This document shows positions 52,644-62,495 of a DNA stretch of 64,000 nt, piece by piece. The notes below the pieces were generated by a model. That model was not told the origin of the DNA. It saw nothing but the letters and a program-made list of their open reading frames with translations, and did not search any database. This DNA is from a virus (Duplodnaviria; Caudoviricetes). The stretch is from positions 2,281 through 66,280 of the IMG/VR virus record IMGVR_UViG_3300010429_000098. One strand, given 5' to 3'. Position numbers and translations under genes: made by a program. Numbering within the stretch: position 1 is the first letter of the stretch; the number at the start of each line of letters is the position of its first letter.

Positions 52644-55600
52644 ATGCATAATCTTATTCAGCAGTTAGTAGCGATAACCAAGGAGAGATTGGAAGACGAA
52701 GTAAGTGATCGACAATCTCTCAAGTTTATCAAGAACTCGGATATCCTGGATTGTATCGCAACGTCTATTGAAGTAATCTATTTATACACTCGCCAAGAGC
52801 GTGGCGATGCTAAGGCTGCCCTGTTCACTGAAATTACGTTGAACATAGGAAAAAAGATTCGCAAGGGAATGAAGAAGGACAGTGCACTAAATGTAAGAAC
52901 CGGTGCGTTCTTTCTGTATACATTCGAGATGACAGAGATAATTCGTGTAGCACTAGGTCAAGGCACTAGTAAGCATGCAACGTATATCGTCGAAGTATTA
53001 GATGAAGAAATACTATCGAAGCTATGGGATAAACTAGATTTCCAACGGACTGTTAAGCTCCCATCCGTGACTCCAATAGCACCTTGGAAGACCTCTAAAC
53101 ACGAGATAGGTCTTAATCTAGTGAAGACACAAGATCAAGATGTACTGTATCAGCTTACCCCTAAAACACATCCTATTGTATTCGATTGTGTAAACAAGGC
53201 TCAAGAGGTTGGCTGGGTAATCAATGAACCGGTATATCAGCTGTTTGCATGGTCAATAAGAAATAGAACAGAATCATTCAATGATATTTGGGAAATGCAA
53301 AGCGATCAGGCGAAGGCGAGTAAACTACGTGAGGCTTATGCGATTGGCAATATCGCAAGTAAACTGATTGATAAAGTATTCTACCACTATCATACACTTG
53401 ATTTCAGAGGCAGATTGTACACATCTACTGCATATTTGAACCATCAAGGAAATGATCTTGCGAAGTCACTCTTGCTACGAGCCGAGGCTAAACCATTAGG
53501 TGAAAAGGGATTCTTCTGGTTGTTAGTAAGCATAGCTACGCATTGGGGCGGGGCATCGCATATACCCGGTAGAAAGACAGATAAGATTCCATTGCAAGAA
53601 CGTGCCATATGGGTGAAGGATAATGAAGAGATTATTCTGTCCTATGCCACTTCGCCTAAGGTAAATATAGGATGGCATAAAGCTGATAAGCCTTGGCAAT
53701 TTATTGCAGCATGTATCGAATTAAGAAGAGTGCGCGAATGGCAAGCATACATGCGAATCTCAGGGAGTCATTTCGACGAGTATGGATTCTCGTCAAGCTT
53801 CACTGGATGGCTGGATGGCAGTACAAATGGCGTACAGCATCTTAGCGCATTAACAAGAGATGAGATAGTTGCACCATATGCGAACCTTGTTCCTCTTGAA
53901 TACCCTGGCGACTTGTACGCATACGTGGCTGAGCATGTGTGGAAAACGGTACAAGACGCTGTGGATAAGATTCCACCAGAAGACAGGGAATCACTTGAGA
54001 GTGTTATTGATAACATGATTGAGCTGCGTAAGGAGATTGGCGCATCTGAAAAGAAATCTGATAAGAGAAAAGAAGCTGTTGATGCATTGTATGAATTTAG
54101 GACTTCCTATGCCAATGCACTTAAATCAGCGGCACCAATATATTGGAATAGAATTAAAGATACAAAAGAAAGAAGAAAGATCGCTAAGAGAGGCGTTATG
54201 ACTATTTCGTGAACTTTGCGAAATTAAAACCTGGTGAATTCGGTGGATCTCTGTTCGCCGCAGACAATACCGAGCGAAGCTTCGAATAGTAATATTCGTT
54301 GAACGTGTAACGACTATCGAAAGGCAGGCAATCCCTGAACCGAGTAGAGTACTGGACAAGTGTCTAGGAAGCGCCAGGGCGTTGTGTACTAAGATACAAC
54401 GTGTGATATAGTCTCATCTGCATAGTGATGTGCAGTAGCTAATTTGTATATAAAATAGGTATTCTTATGCATAATTGGAAAGAATTATTTGATTATAGTG
54501 ATGGATTTTTATTCAGAACTGAGAAGTATTTTGAATTGTATCCTGCTACACGCAGACACGCAGATGTTGGCTGGTGCAATAATCAAGGGTATGTACAGAC
54601 GGAGATAGACGGTGTTGCCTTTATGCTTCATAGGATTATATGGGAATGGCATCATGGCCCAATACCTGCCGGAATGCATATCGATCATATAGATAAAAAT
54701 GGGTTAAACAACAAAATAGAAAATTTAAGGCTGGCCACTCAATCGCAAAATAGAGCTAATAGCAAAATGAATAAAAACAACACAAGTGGTCACAAAGATA
54801 CAGTCAGAACGCCAAATGGTAAATTCCAAGCAAGAGGAACGGAAAATGGTAAGAAATTATATTTAGGCTTATTTGACACGGTAGAAGAGGCGAGTGAATG
54901 CTATAAGGCATGGGCTCGAAAGAAACACGGCGATTTTGTTTCTTTCGATTAATTAATTGACTACAAATTAGCTACGATACAGATACAACTGTATCGCAAG
55001 ATAATGATGGTTCTACAGCATATGGTATGGCAGATCAAGTCCTGGATGATGCCAGGAAACACGGCATTGATTTATTGCTATACATGGAAAAGACGTTTGG
55101 CGTATATATGGGTAGACTCATTTACGATGATTGTAGGATCTCCTTGAATCGTCCTATGAGGCTGCTAGAGCTATTTGAAAAAGCTGGAGAACGCGCTGAA
55201 GAGAAGGATGAGTTTCTATCTTGGAAATTACCGATAACTGGCTTCCCTGTAGTACAACACTATGTGGAAGGCACTGTAAGGAAGATTTGGATTAATTATT
55301 GGCCACCAGAGGGGCCTCCTCTAAGTAACGGCTATTACGCAAACACGTTGCAGATATCGATACCGTTTAATGAGATTCCGAAGCGTAGCAGTCGTAAGCA
55401 GAAGTTAGGTGCTGCTCCTAATATCGTTCATAGTCTAGATGCAGCACACTTGATGCTAGTAATACATGAGGCAGGTAAAGCTGGATATCGTGTAACAACA
55501 GTACACGATTCATTCGGGACATTGCTCGCTGATATGGACAATCTGTTTAAACTGACACGAGAGACATTCGTAAGCTTGTATAATAAGGATCCTCTCGTAA

Positions 55601-55695
55601 GCATTATGAAGGATATTGGTGGAGATATAAAAGACGTGGATCGTGGAAACCTGGACATTAACCTAATACTCGATTCCGAGTATGCATTCAGTTAA
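52644..55695 (+). CDS. T7-like single-subunit RNA polymerase (second RNAP); spliced join(52644..54210,55007..55695), 751 aa
   Basis: LDFRGRLY, HQGNDLAKSLL, KPWQF, motif A LDGSTNGVQH, spliced motif B AKRGVMTISYGSTAYG, APNIVHSLDA, motif C VHDSF. Confidence 0.92.
54211..55006 (+). mobile_element. Group I intron with HNH ORF in motif B of the second RNAP (796 nt)
   Basis: P1 ATTTCGT/GCGAAAT with U.G; P GAATTCGGTGGA, Q AATACCGAGCGAAG, R GTGTAACGACTA, S GATATAGTCT; terminal G55006; T|AT rebuilds the motif-B Tyr codon. Confidence 0.92.
54467..54952 (+). CDS. Intron-encoded HNH homing endonuclease
   Basis: LHRIIWEWHHGPIPAGMHIDHIDKNGLNNKIENLR...N..N.SG.K...YLG.F.T.EEA. Confidence 0.87.
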   Translation: MHNWKELFDYSDGFLFRTEKYFELYPATRRHADVGWCNNQGYVQTEIDGVAFMLHRIIWEWHHGPIPAGMHIDHIDKNGLNNKIENLRLATQSQNRANSKMNKNNTSGHKDTVRTPNGKFQARGTENGKKLYLGLFDTVEEASECYKAWARKKHGDFVSFD

Positions 55696-55700
55696 TTAAT

Positions 55701-56069
55701 ATGCGACATCTTGGAAAAGACTTACAAGAACTAAGGCAGAAAACAACACCGAGTATTTGGGATATACACGAGTATTTGTTTAGCATCATGGAGGGTATTG
55801 ATGTAACCGGTACGTTTAGTTTCGTACTGGGCGGAGACCCATACTTGGTTGAGACAGAGGCTGATCTTGCTGAACTGAAAGACATGCACAATAGTCTTTT
55901 AGAAGGTCCGGTTGCATTTGATATTTGCGAGACGATTCCAGGAAGTAATCAAATAGTCGCATGTTGTTACATTAATAATAACGCTGGTGGAAATACTTAT
56001 TTTATTCCATACCATATTTGGCATGACAATGCAAATATTAATGAATCGCTAATTGGAGAAGACAAGTGA
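55701..56069 (+). CDS. Hypothetical protein
   Basis: 122 aa. Confidence 0.6.
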   Translation: MRHLGKDLQELRQKTTPSIWDIHEYLFSIMEGIDVTGTFSFVLGGDPYLVETEADLAELKDMHNSLLEGPVAFDICETIPGSNQIVACCYINNNAGGNTYFIPYHIWHDNANINESLIGEDK

Positions 56070-56272
56070 TTATTACACGTAAATCACCGCTTTCAGGCGA
56101 GATGAATTCGATAGAAATAAGCGTTACTCAAGAGCAATTAGATGCATATGCAACCGGTACGCTTATACAAGATGCAATGCCTAACTTGACACCAGATGAA
56201 AGAGAATTCATAATGACTGGCCTTACGGCTGAGGAATGGGATACTTTGATGAAGGATGACGAGGAAAATTAA
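56066..56272 (+). CDS. Small conserved phage hypothetical protein
   Basis: LIQDAMPNLTPDEREFIMTG motif; GTGA overlap; RBS GGAG. Confidence 0.65.
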   Translation: MIITRKSPLSGEMNSIEISVTQEQLDAYATGTLIQDAMPNLTPDEREFIMTGLTAEEWDTLMKDDEEN

Positions 56273-56310
56273 TAATTAAATAAATCCACAATAGCGAATC
56301 TGATAACTAT

Positions 56311-56330
56311 ATACCCGTAGGGTATTTTTT
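56311..56330 (+). terminator. Intrinsic terminator
   Basis: ATACCC-GTA-GGGTAT-TTTTT. Confidence 0.7.
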
Positions 56331-56337
56331 CTGGCAC

Positions 56338-56460
56338 CGCTTGTGTGCTCAAATGTTACAAAAAGACTAATGCCTAGTTGGCGCCAATGAGAGTCTTTCT
56401 CTTATAAAAGCACTTGAAATCGGTAGCAACCGAGCTTGAAGCGTGAGTTCTCATCATAGG
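56338..56460 (+). ncRNA. Candidate structured RNA (unassigned)
   Basis: Nested stems CGCTT/AAGCG, GTGCT/AGCAC, AAAGACT/AGTCTTT, TCGGT/ACCGA in a 150-nt ORF-free gap. Confidence 0.3.
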
Positions 56461-56481
56461 TAATTTCTTAAATTAACCTAA

Positions 56482-57030
56482 ATGGGACTGCTAATGTGTT
56501 CTAAAGAAAAGTGGAATGAGTTATTTAGCTATGACGACGGTTTTCTTTATTGGAAAATCAATGCAAATAACAATGGTGCAAGGATTGGCGACCTTGCCGG
56601 ATTTATATCAAACCCTGGAGAAGTAGACAGTTATGCTCAAGTACGTTACGAAGGCGTAGCGTATCAGATGAGTGTGATCATATGGGAGATGCACAATGGC
56701 GAAGTACCCGCGGGTATGGATGTGGACCACATCGACGGCAATCGCTTGAATAATGTATTGCAGAATCTAAGGCTAGCAACTCGTTCACAGAATCTGCAAA
56801 ATCGTGGTAAACATAACGTTGGATTTGTACCACAAAGTAAATATAAGGGTGTCAGCAGGGCTACAGGCGGAATTGGATGGCGAGCAGCAATATATCCAGA
56901 AGGTAAAACAGTATGGCTTGGTAGATTCAAAACAGCAAAAGAAGCTGCTATTGCCTATAATAAAGCAGCAGTGGAATATTACGGTGAATTTGCTAAATTG
57001 AATGTTATCACAGAAACTGGAGTAATCTAA
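56482..57030 (+). CDS. Free-standing HNH homing endonuclease with AP2-like domain
   Basis: DVDHIDGNRLNNVLQNLR; SKYKGV...WRA.I...WLGRF.TAKEAA.AYN. Confidence 0.85.
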   Translation: MGLLMCSKEKWNELFSYDDGFLYWKINANNNGARIGDLAGFISNPGEVDSYAQVRYEGVAYQMSVIIWEMHNGEVPAGMDVDHIDGNRLNNVLQNLRLATRSQNLQNRGKHNVGFVPQSKYKGVSRATGGIGWRAAIYPEGKTVWLGRFKTAKEAAIAYNKAAVEYYGEFAKLNVITETGVI

Positions 57031-57031
57031 A

Positions 57032-57598
57032 ATGGCTATCTTGAAGAACTGCGAAATTTGGTGGGTTCGCTTAGATCCTAAGAAACCGGACATCAAGACG
57101 GACTCTAAGAAGCCCGCTTGGGGTTTCCAAATGCGCACCAAAGACAGGGCTCAGCGCAAAGAGTGGATTGATCACCACATCCATGTCAAAGCTGTACGAG
57201 CAGATAAAGATGATGAAGAGAGTCCAATCCTCTATTGGCGCGCTAACCTTCGCAAGCGTATCGTAAACGCTAAAGGTGAACCTTCAAAACCAGTTGAAGT
57301 TCGCTCTGGTTATGGTGATCTTGACCCTAACACCATTGGCAATGGAAGTATCGTAAACGTTCGCATCTTCGAGTATGAATACGTATTCGAGGGTAAAACG
57401 GGAATGGCTGCTATGCCAATGGCAATCCAGATGGTAAAGCATGTGGTATATATTCCTGAGCCTGGTGAAGACTTTGAAGATGATATCCAAGAAGAGCGTG
57501 AAGATGCACCAAAGCGGGAGTATAAGATTGCAGATAAAGAGGATACTTCCGCAGCGGGTACTCCAGATGACGACGATGATCTTGACGGGAAATACTGA
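57032..57598 (+). CDS. ssDNA-binding protein (T7 gp2.5-like)
   Basis: IGNGS..NV...Y.....G..A....IQ; acidic tail ending in an aromatic residue (DDDDDLDGKY). Confidence 0.75.
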   Translation: MAILKNCEIWWVRLDPKKPDIKTDSKKPAWGFQMRTKDRAQRKEWIDHHIHVKAVRADKDDEESPILYWRANLRKRIVNAKGEPSKPVEVRSGYGDLDPNTIGNGSIVNVRIFEYEYVFEGKTGMAAMPMAIQMVKHVVYIPEPGEDFEDDIQEEREDAPKREYKIADKEDTSAAGTPDDDDDLDGKY

Positions 57599-57600
57599 TC

Positions 57601-58143
57601 ATGGAATACACATACACCACAGACGTATTCGAGGATAATGTAAAGACTCGAAGAAATGTCACGATGAATTTTACTAAGGTGATCTCTGACCTTGATGGAT
57701 TTACCACATTTAATGTAGAGGTGTTTGATAACCTAAAGAGTAAGGTAGTATGCCATCTGACGAATGTGAAGGATATCAGAGAGTGGCAAGACTTTATAAA
57801 AGGTGTTGGCATACCTTCGCCTAAGTGGAATATTCTGGAAATTCTACACGAACTTGAAGAACCGCCTGTGCTGAAAGATCCAAGCAATCCTCCGCATTAC
57901 AAGCACTACATGCGTGATATGCAATGGCTTGAAGTGATTATGGAGGTCTATAAGGATGAGACGGAAAAAGTGGTAGGGTTTCTTGAAATCCAAATCAGCA
58001 AATATTTGTCTCGAATCGGCAAGAAAGACCCGTATCTACAAGACTGCCGTAAATTGCGTTGGTATGCAATCTTTCTTGAGGCGTATGTTGCAGCAGGGCA
58101 TAAACCAATCAAAATTGATGACTACCCTGCATTAAAGGGTTGA
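57601..58143 (+). CDS. Protein with C-terminal DUF3310 (T7 gp1.7-like) domain
   Basis: NPPHYK...EVI...GFL....KYL.R.GKKD..LQD..K..WY. Confidence 0.7.
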   Translation: MEYTYTTDVFEDNVKTRRNVTMNFTKVISDLDGFTTFNVEVFDNLKSKVVCHLTNVKDIREWQDFIKGVGIPSPKWNILEILHELEEPPVLKDPSNPPHYKHYMRDMQWLEVIMEVYKDETEKVVGFLEIQISKYLSRIGKKDPYLQDCRKLRWYAIFLEAYVAAGHKPIKIDDYPALKG

Positions 58144-58144
58144 T

Positions 58145-58876
58145 ATGGACGAGATTTGGAAACAAATTAGAGATACAAAGTACTCCGTTTCCAATCTCGG
58201 TCGAGTTAGAAATGACAAAACAGCCCGACTGCTTCGCACCCCGAATAACAGTCGCGGCTATCCCCAAGTCATATTATATACCGAGATACGCGAAGTTTGG
58301 AGAGTACACCGCTTGGTGGCATTGGCTTTTATTCCACCGCCAGATGGCGTAGACGCTTGTGATTTGACTGTAGATCACATTGTAGAAAACGATAAAGAAA
58401 ATAATAGAGTCGACAATTTACAATGGTTGACAGCTGTAGCAAATGCTCAAAAGTCAAAGGACGCAGGTAATACACCTGTATATTATTCGGGCATCGAACA
58501 CCACGCAGCAAAGTTAGATGAAAATACTGTGCACGAAGTTCGCGAATTGGCGATCGAAGGTATGTCGTACACACAAATCGGTAACTATTTCGGTGTTTGC
58601 TCTGGAACAGTGTCTAGTATAATTCGTAGGATAAATTGGACACATGTACCAGAAGAAGATCCTTGCGGTATAGCCAATTTAATCAATAAAACAGTGTCAC
58701 CGATTGGCAATGGCGTAGATAACAAATTTGCGAAATTACAAGAAAAAGATGTTATAGAAATTCGTAAGGCATTAGCTAATGGAGAATCGCAGTCTAGGAT
58801 CGCCAAGAGATTCAAGGTAAAGCCGCCTACAATTAGTGATATCTCATGCGGTAGAACATGGAGGCATCTGCTATGA
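58145..58876 (+). CDS. Free-standing NUMOD4-HNH-HTH homing endonuclease
   Basis: DEIWK...Y.VSNLGRVRN; VHRLVA.AFIP; TVDH...N....NLQW; two HTH repeats; paralog of the intron ORF 15528-16199. Confidence 0.85.
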   Translation: MDEIWKQIRDTKYSVSNLGRVRNDKTARLLRTPNNSRGYPQVILYTEIREVWRVHRLVALAFIPPPDGVDACDLTVDHIVENDKENNRVDNLQWLTAVANAQKSKDAGNTPVYYSGIEHHAAKLDENTVHEVRELAIEGMSYTQIGNYFGVCSGTVSSIIRRINWTHVPEEDPCGIANLINKTVSPIGNGVDNKFAKLQEKDVIEIRKALANGESQSRIAKRFKVKPPTISDISCGRTWRHLL

Positions 58877-60795
58877 GAGAGTTTGTTCTCGATATCGAAG
58901 CCGACCACTTATTGCAGAAAGCTACCAAAGCCTGGATTATCGGTTGGCTGGATAGAGAGACCAACGAGGTTAAATATTGGCTAGACGGTGATTTAGGTTG
59001 GAAGGAAGAGTTAGATAAAGCGCAGCATATAATAATGCATAATGGCGCGAGTTACGATCTTCCTTTATTAGAAAAACTATTCGGATGGCGACCCGGGTCA
59101 CATGTAAGAATAACAGATACCTTTATCAATTCGTTGGTATTGGATTACAATAAATTCCTGGGTGGTAAACATGGCCTAGCATCTTGGGGCCAGCTTCTGA
59201 ACTGTCCTAAAGGGGAGTTCTCCGATTTCAGTAAGTATAGCGAGGAAATGCTTTCTTATTGGAAACAAGACTTGAAGCTAACCAACCTTGTGTATGAGTA
59301 TCAGCTGCCTACATATATCCGGGCATTAGATAGAAACGAGAGAATCGCGACATATCTTCGCGCTGAAAATGCTATTGCCAGATGGTGCTCTAATGCAGAG
59401 CTTTACGGCTGGGATTTCGATCTATATGGTGCTCTTGAACTTTTAGTTCGCCTTGAGCGAGAAATGCAAGTTATACGTGATAAGCTGCTACCTAGACTTG
59501 GTACAAAGACAGTTGCGCCAGATAAAAAGTTAGGTGTAGTGCCGGAGCGTAGACCACGCTTTCTTAAGAACGGTGCATATGACGTACACACCGCAAAGTG
59601 GTTTAATATAAACGTGTGGTCTGGCTATGAAGAAGAGGATAGGCTCGTCGACGGGCCTTACTGTAGAGTAGAGTTTGTTGATCTTGATATCAACAGTGTT
59701 GCCGATGTGAAGATATTCCTATTCCGAAATGGTTGGGAGCCAGATGAATGGAATTATAAGGAGGATCCTGATAATCCTCGTAAGAAAATACAAGCCAGCC
59801 CAAAGATAACAGAGTCGAGTTTAGAATTTTTAGGCGGTGATGGTAAACTATATTGTGACTTCCTGACTATGGGGAGTAGGCTAGGTGTATTAAAAGGTCT
59901 AATCAAATCGTGTGATTACGATCGTAGAGTGCACGGGACTTGTTTTACAATAGGTACTCCAAGCATGCGAGCGACTCATCGAATCATTGTCAATATGCCA
60001 ACAGTAGGCGCAGTATATGGCGCAGAGATGCGTGCATTATTCCGTGTACCAAAAGGCTGGAAGATGATTGGTGCAGATAGCTCAGGTAATCAAGCACGAG
60101 GTTTGGCGCATTACTTGAAGTCTCCAGAATATATACATACACTACTTCATGGCGATGTGCATACCATGAATGCCGAATTGCTTGATGCAGTGTTGAAGGA
60201 GATGAAGATCAGTTGGGATAAGCACCTGATTAGTACAGGTGTAAAAGATGATCCAAAGGAACTAGCCAAGGCTAAGCGAGCAGCCGCTAAAAGAATCTTG
60301 TATGCTTTTCTATTCGGAGCATCAGGCGGAAAGATGTGGAGTTATATCTTCGGTATTCAAGATAAGGTCAAGGGTAATAAACTCAAGCTAGGCTTCACAA
60401 AGGCTGTACCTGGGTTTAAAGCTTTGATAGATAAGCTGGAGAATATTTATGGAAAGACAAAACAGTTCGGCGATGGATACATTCCTGGTCCAGCTGGAAA
60501 CCGTATTTATTGTGATTCTTTTCACAAGCTTCTTGTTTACCTGCTCCAAGCCACGGAAAAAGCAACATGTGGAGCCGCCTGTTTACTCTTGAGTAAGATG
60601 TTGGATAGGGAAAAAATTCCTTATCAACCACTTATCTTCATGCACGATGAGCTTGATTACATGGTTCCAGAACAGTATGCAGAAAGAGCTGCAGAATTAG
60701 GTAGAATAGCATTTAAAGAGGGTCCGAAATTGTTTGGAATTACTATCATGGATGGTGAGGCTAAGATCGGACATGATTGGAAAGAATGTCACTAA
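58873..60795 (+). CDS. Family A DNA polymerase (T7 gp5-like) with 3'-5' exonuclease
   Basis: Exo I LDIEAD, Exo II HNGASYD, Exo III Y..QD; motif A GADSSGNQAR, motif B AKRILYAFLFGA, motif C MHDE. Confidence 0.93.
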   Translation: MREFVLDIEADHLLQKATKAWIIGWLDRETNEVKYWLDGDLGWKEELDKAQHIIMHNGASYDLPLLEKLFGWRPGSHVRITDTFINSLVLDYNKFLGGKHGLASWGQLLNCPKGEFSDFSKYSEEMLSYWKQDLKLTNLVYEYQLPTYIRALDRNERIATYLRAENAIARWCSNAELYGWDFDLYGALELLVRLEREMQVIRDKLLPRLGTKTVAPDKKLGVVPERRPRFLKNGAYDVHTAKWFNINVWSGYEEEDRLVDGPYCRVEFVDLDINSVADVKIFLFRNGWEPDEWNYKEDPDNPRKKIQASPKITESSLEFLGGDGKLYCDFLTMGSRLGVLKGLIKSCDYDRRVHGTCFTIGTPSMRATHRIIVNMPTVGAVYGAEMRALFRVPKGWKMIGADSSGNQARGLAHYLKSPEYIHTLLHGDVHTMNAELLDAVLKEMKISWDKHLISTGVKDDPKELAKAKRAAAKRILYAFLFGASGGKMWSYIFGIQDKVKGNKLKLGFTKAVPGFKALIDKLENIYGKTKQFGDGYIPGPAGNRIYCDSFHKLLVYLLQATEKATCGAACLLLSKMLDREKIPYQPLIFMHDELDYMVPEQYAERAAELGRIAFKEGPKLFGITIMDGEAKIGHDWKECH

Positions 60796-60807
60796 AGGAA
60801 GAGGAAT

Positions 60808-61367
60808 ATGCAGAGTACATTGGAGCGTGATGCATTGCTTCTAGAAATGGTGCAGAGCGGTGCTATATCTGTGACAGAAGACGGTATTGTCACGAATCAC
60901 ATAACAGGTAAAGAGATAGGGTTTGTAACAGGAGGCTACAAACGAATCAACATGTTTGGGTTGACGTTTGCTGTTAACAGACTAGTGCATCTTGTGTATA
61001 TTGGGCCAATCCCTGAAGGATACGTTGTAGACCATATTGATGACGACAAATTAAACAATCACAAAAGCAACCTGCAAGCTATCAGCGAGGATCACAATAA
61101 AGCAAAGGCAATACTAACAGGTAGAACCGCTAATCTTGGTGCACATTTAAAAGATATAGATAACAACGGTGCAAATAATGGGATGGCGAAGCTCTCTGAG
61201 GAAGATGTTCTATTATATCGCGAGGCGTTTGATAGGGTATTATATCAAAGAAAGAAATAGTAGAGAAGACTGGATTATCGAAGAGAGGCGTCAGCGATAT
61301 GTTAAACTCTATTACGTATAGAAACGTGGGTTACCGAATAAAGCGTTCTACACGCTCTTGGGGTTAA
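60808..61367 (+). pseudogene. HNH endonuclease with a -1 frameshift at about 61236 separating its C-terminal HTH
   Basis: VVDHIDDDKLNNHKSNLQ; the ORF stops at 61260, but the -1 frame continues GIISKKEIVEKTGLSKRGVSDMLNSITYRNV to TAA 61367. Confidence 0.7.
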
Positions 61368-61388
61368 CCTCTTGGCTTAAACTATTAT

Positions 61389-61475
61389 CTCGGGCTGGTG
61401 GAATTGCTAGACACCCCGCGCTTAAAACGCGGTGATCGTAAGATCGTACCGGTTGGAATCCGGTGCCCGAGACCA
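61389..61475 (+). tRNA. trnL: tRNA-Leu(UAA)
   Basis: CTCGGGC/GCCCGAG acceptor, CCGCG-ct-TAA-aa-CGCGG, long variable arm, encoded CCA; atypical T-loop TTGGAAT. Confidence 0.88.
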
Positions 61476-61524
61476 CTTACGCAAAACAACAAATCTCCGA
61501 TTTGTAAAAGATAGAAAGTACAAA

Positions 61525-61716
61525 ATGAAATTCGTAGAACTTAGCACGGCAACTATCATCAATATTAATGATATTAGTCACGTCCATGTTATCACCGACA
61601 GCAACAACAAGGAGGTTACAGCCCATGTTTTTATGGCTGGTAACTACCCACAGTCACGCGTCATCATTACACAGCAAGAATTTGATGTATTGAAGACTCA
61701 TCTTCTTCCTCAGTAA
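61525..61716 (+). CDS. 63-aa hypothetical protein between tRNAs
   Basis: MKFVELSTATIININDISHV...; the real start lies after tRNA-Leu. Confidence 0.6.
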   Translation: MKFVELSTATIININDISHVHVITDSNNKEVTAHVFMAGNYPQSRVIITQQEFDVLKTHLLPQ

Positions 61717-61723
61717 GTAAACA

Positions 61724-61800
61724 GGGACGTTAGCTTAGCGGCCAAAAGCAGTATCCTCATAAGATATTGATCGTGAGTTCGAATCTCACACGTCCCACCA
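61724..61800 (+). tRNA. tRNA with CAU anticodon (elongator Met, or Ile if lysidine-modified)
   Basis: GGGACGT/ACGTCCC acceptor, GTATC-ct-CAT-aa-GATAT, GTTCGAATC, CCA. Confidence 0.9.
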
Positions 61801-61803
61801 ATT

Positions 61804-61880
61804 CTACCGTTAACTCAGTTGGATAGAGTAATCGCCTTCTAAGCGATAAGTCACTGGTTCGAATCCAGTACGGTAGGCCA
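61804..61880 (+). tRNA. trnR: tRNA-Arg(UCU)
   Basis: CTACCGT/ACGGTAG acceptor, ATCGC-ct-TCT-aa-GCGAT, GGTTCGAATCC, CCA. Confidence 0.93.
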
Positions 61881-61906
61881 ACCTATAAACCTAGAAGGAT
61901 TTTATC

Positions 61907-62212
61907 ATGATCTTGAAGAACAAACCTCTCATCGTTAGCGCAATGCTTATCTATGGAGAAGAAGATAGTCCACTTCGCGATAGTCTAATGGCCGATGAGC
62001 CGAATGCTGATGTAGAATTTGATGATGAAGAGATTGAAGAAATGATCGATGCCGTCGTCATCTTCTACAGTGAAGAGAGTCTGACTGATAAGGCTAAAGA
62101 GGCTGTGGAAGAGACTCTAGCTCAACTAGATGAAGAGCTGGCCGCTGAAATGATGATTAATCGTATTGCATCAGCAAATGGGTATGGTTGGTTTAAAAAG
62201 ACTTCTGCTTAA
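61907..62212 (+). CDS. Acidic hypothetical protein
   Basis: 101 aa, RBS AAGGA. Confidence 0.65.
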   Translation: MILKNKPLIVSAMLIYGEEDSPLRDSLMADEPNADVEFDDEEIEEMIDAVVIFYSEESLTDKAKEAVEETLAQLDEELAAEMMINRIASANGYGWFKKTSA

Positions 62213-62255
62213 GTGATTTAATGACCTGCACACATATACGGTCTACAAAGAAAGT

Positions 62256-62495
62256 GTGCGTATGGCTAAGAAAGAAATTGAGTTGGTCGGTGGAGAACTT
62301 CCTCAAGAGCTTGTAGATAAGTTGAGAAAAGATTTTGAAGCTTATCTTAAAGAAAAGACTCCTAATGTCAAGTATGAAAATCTAATAGCTCGGCGACCGA
62401 ATAATCCTGTAATGTATAAGTCATTGTACAGTGAGTATGCATTTCAAGCGTATATTACTGCATACAAAAAGTATGGAAATAAGCACTATGAATAA
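62256..62495 (+). CDS. Hypothetical protein
   Basis: 79 aa; overlaps the next HNH start. Confidence 0.6.
   Translation: MRMAKKEIELVGGELPQELVDKLRKDFEAYLKEKTPNVKYENLIARRPNNPVMYKSLYSEYAFQAYITAYKKYGNKHYE

Noticed and set aside
56311-56325. N4-type C-GNA-G hairpin promoter (CCC-GTA-GGG)
   Set aside because: It is on the non-template strand for all local genes and is followed by a U-tract after a stop codon, so it is a terminator.
60858-60880. Fourth GTGACAG hairpin
   Set aside because: The heptamer lies in HNH coding sequence without a convincing flanking stem.
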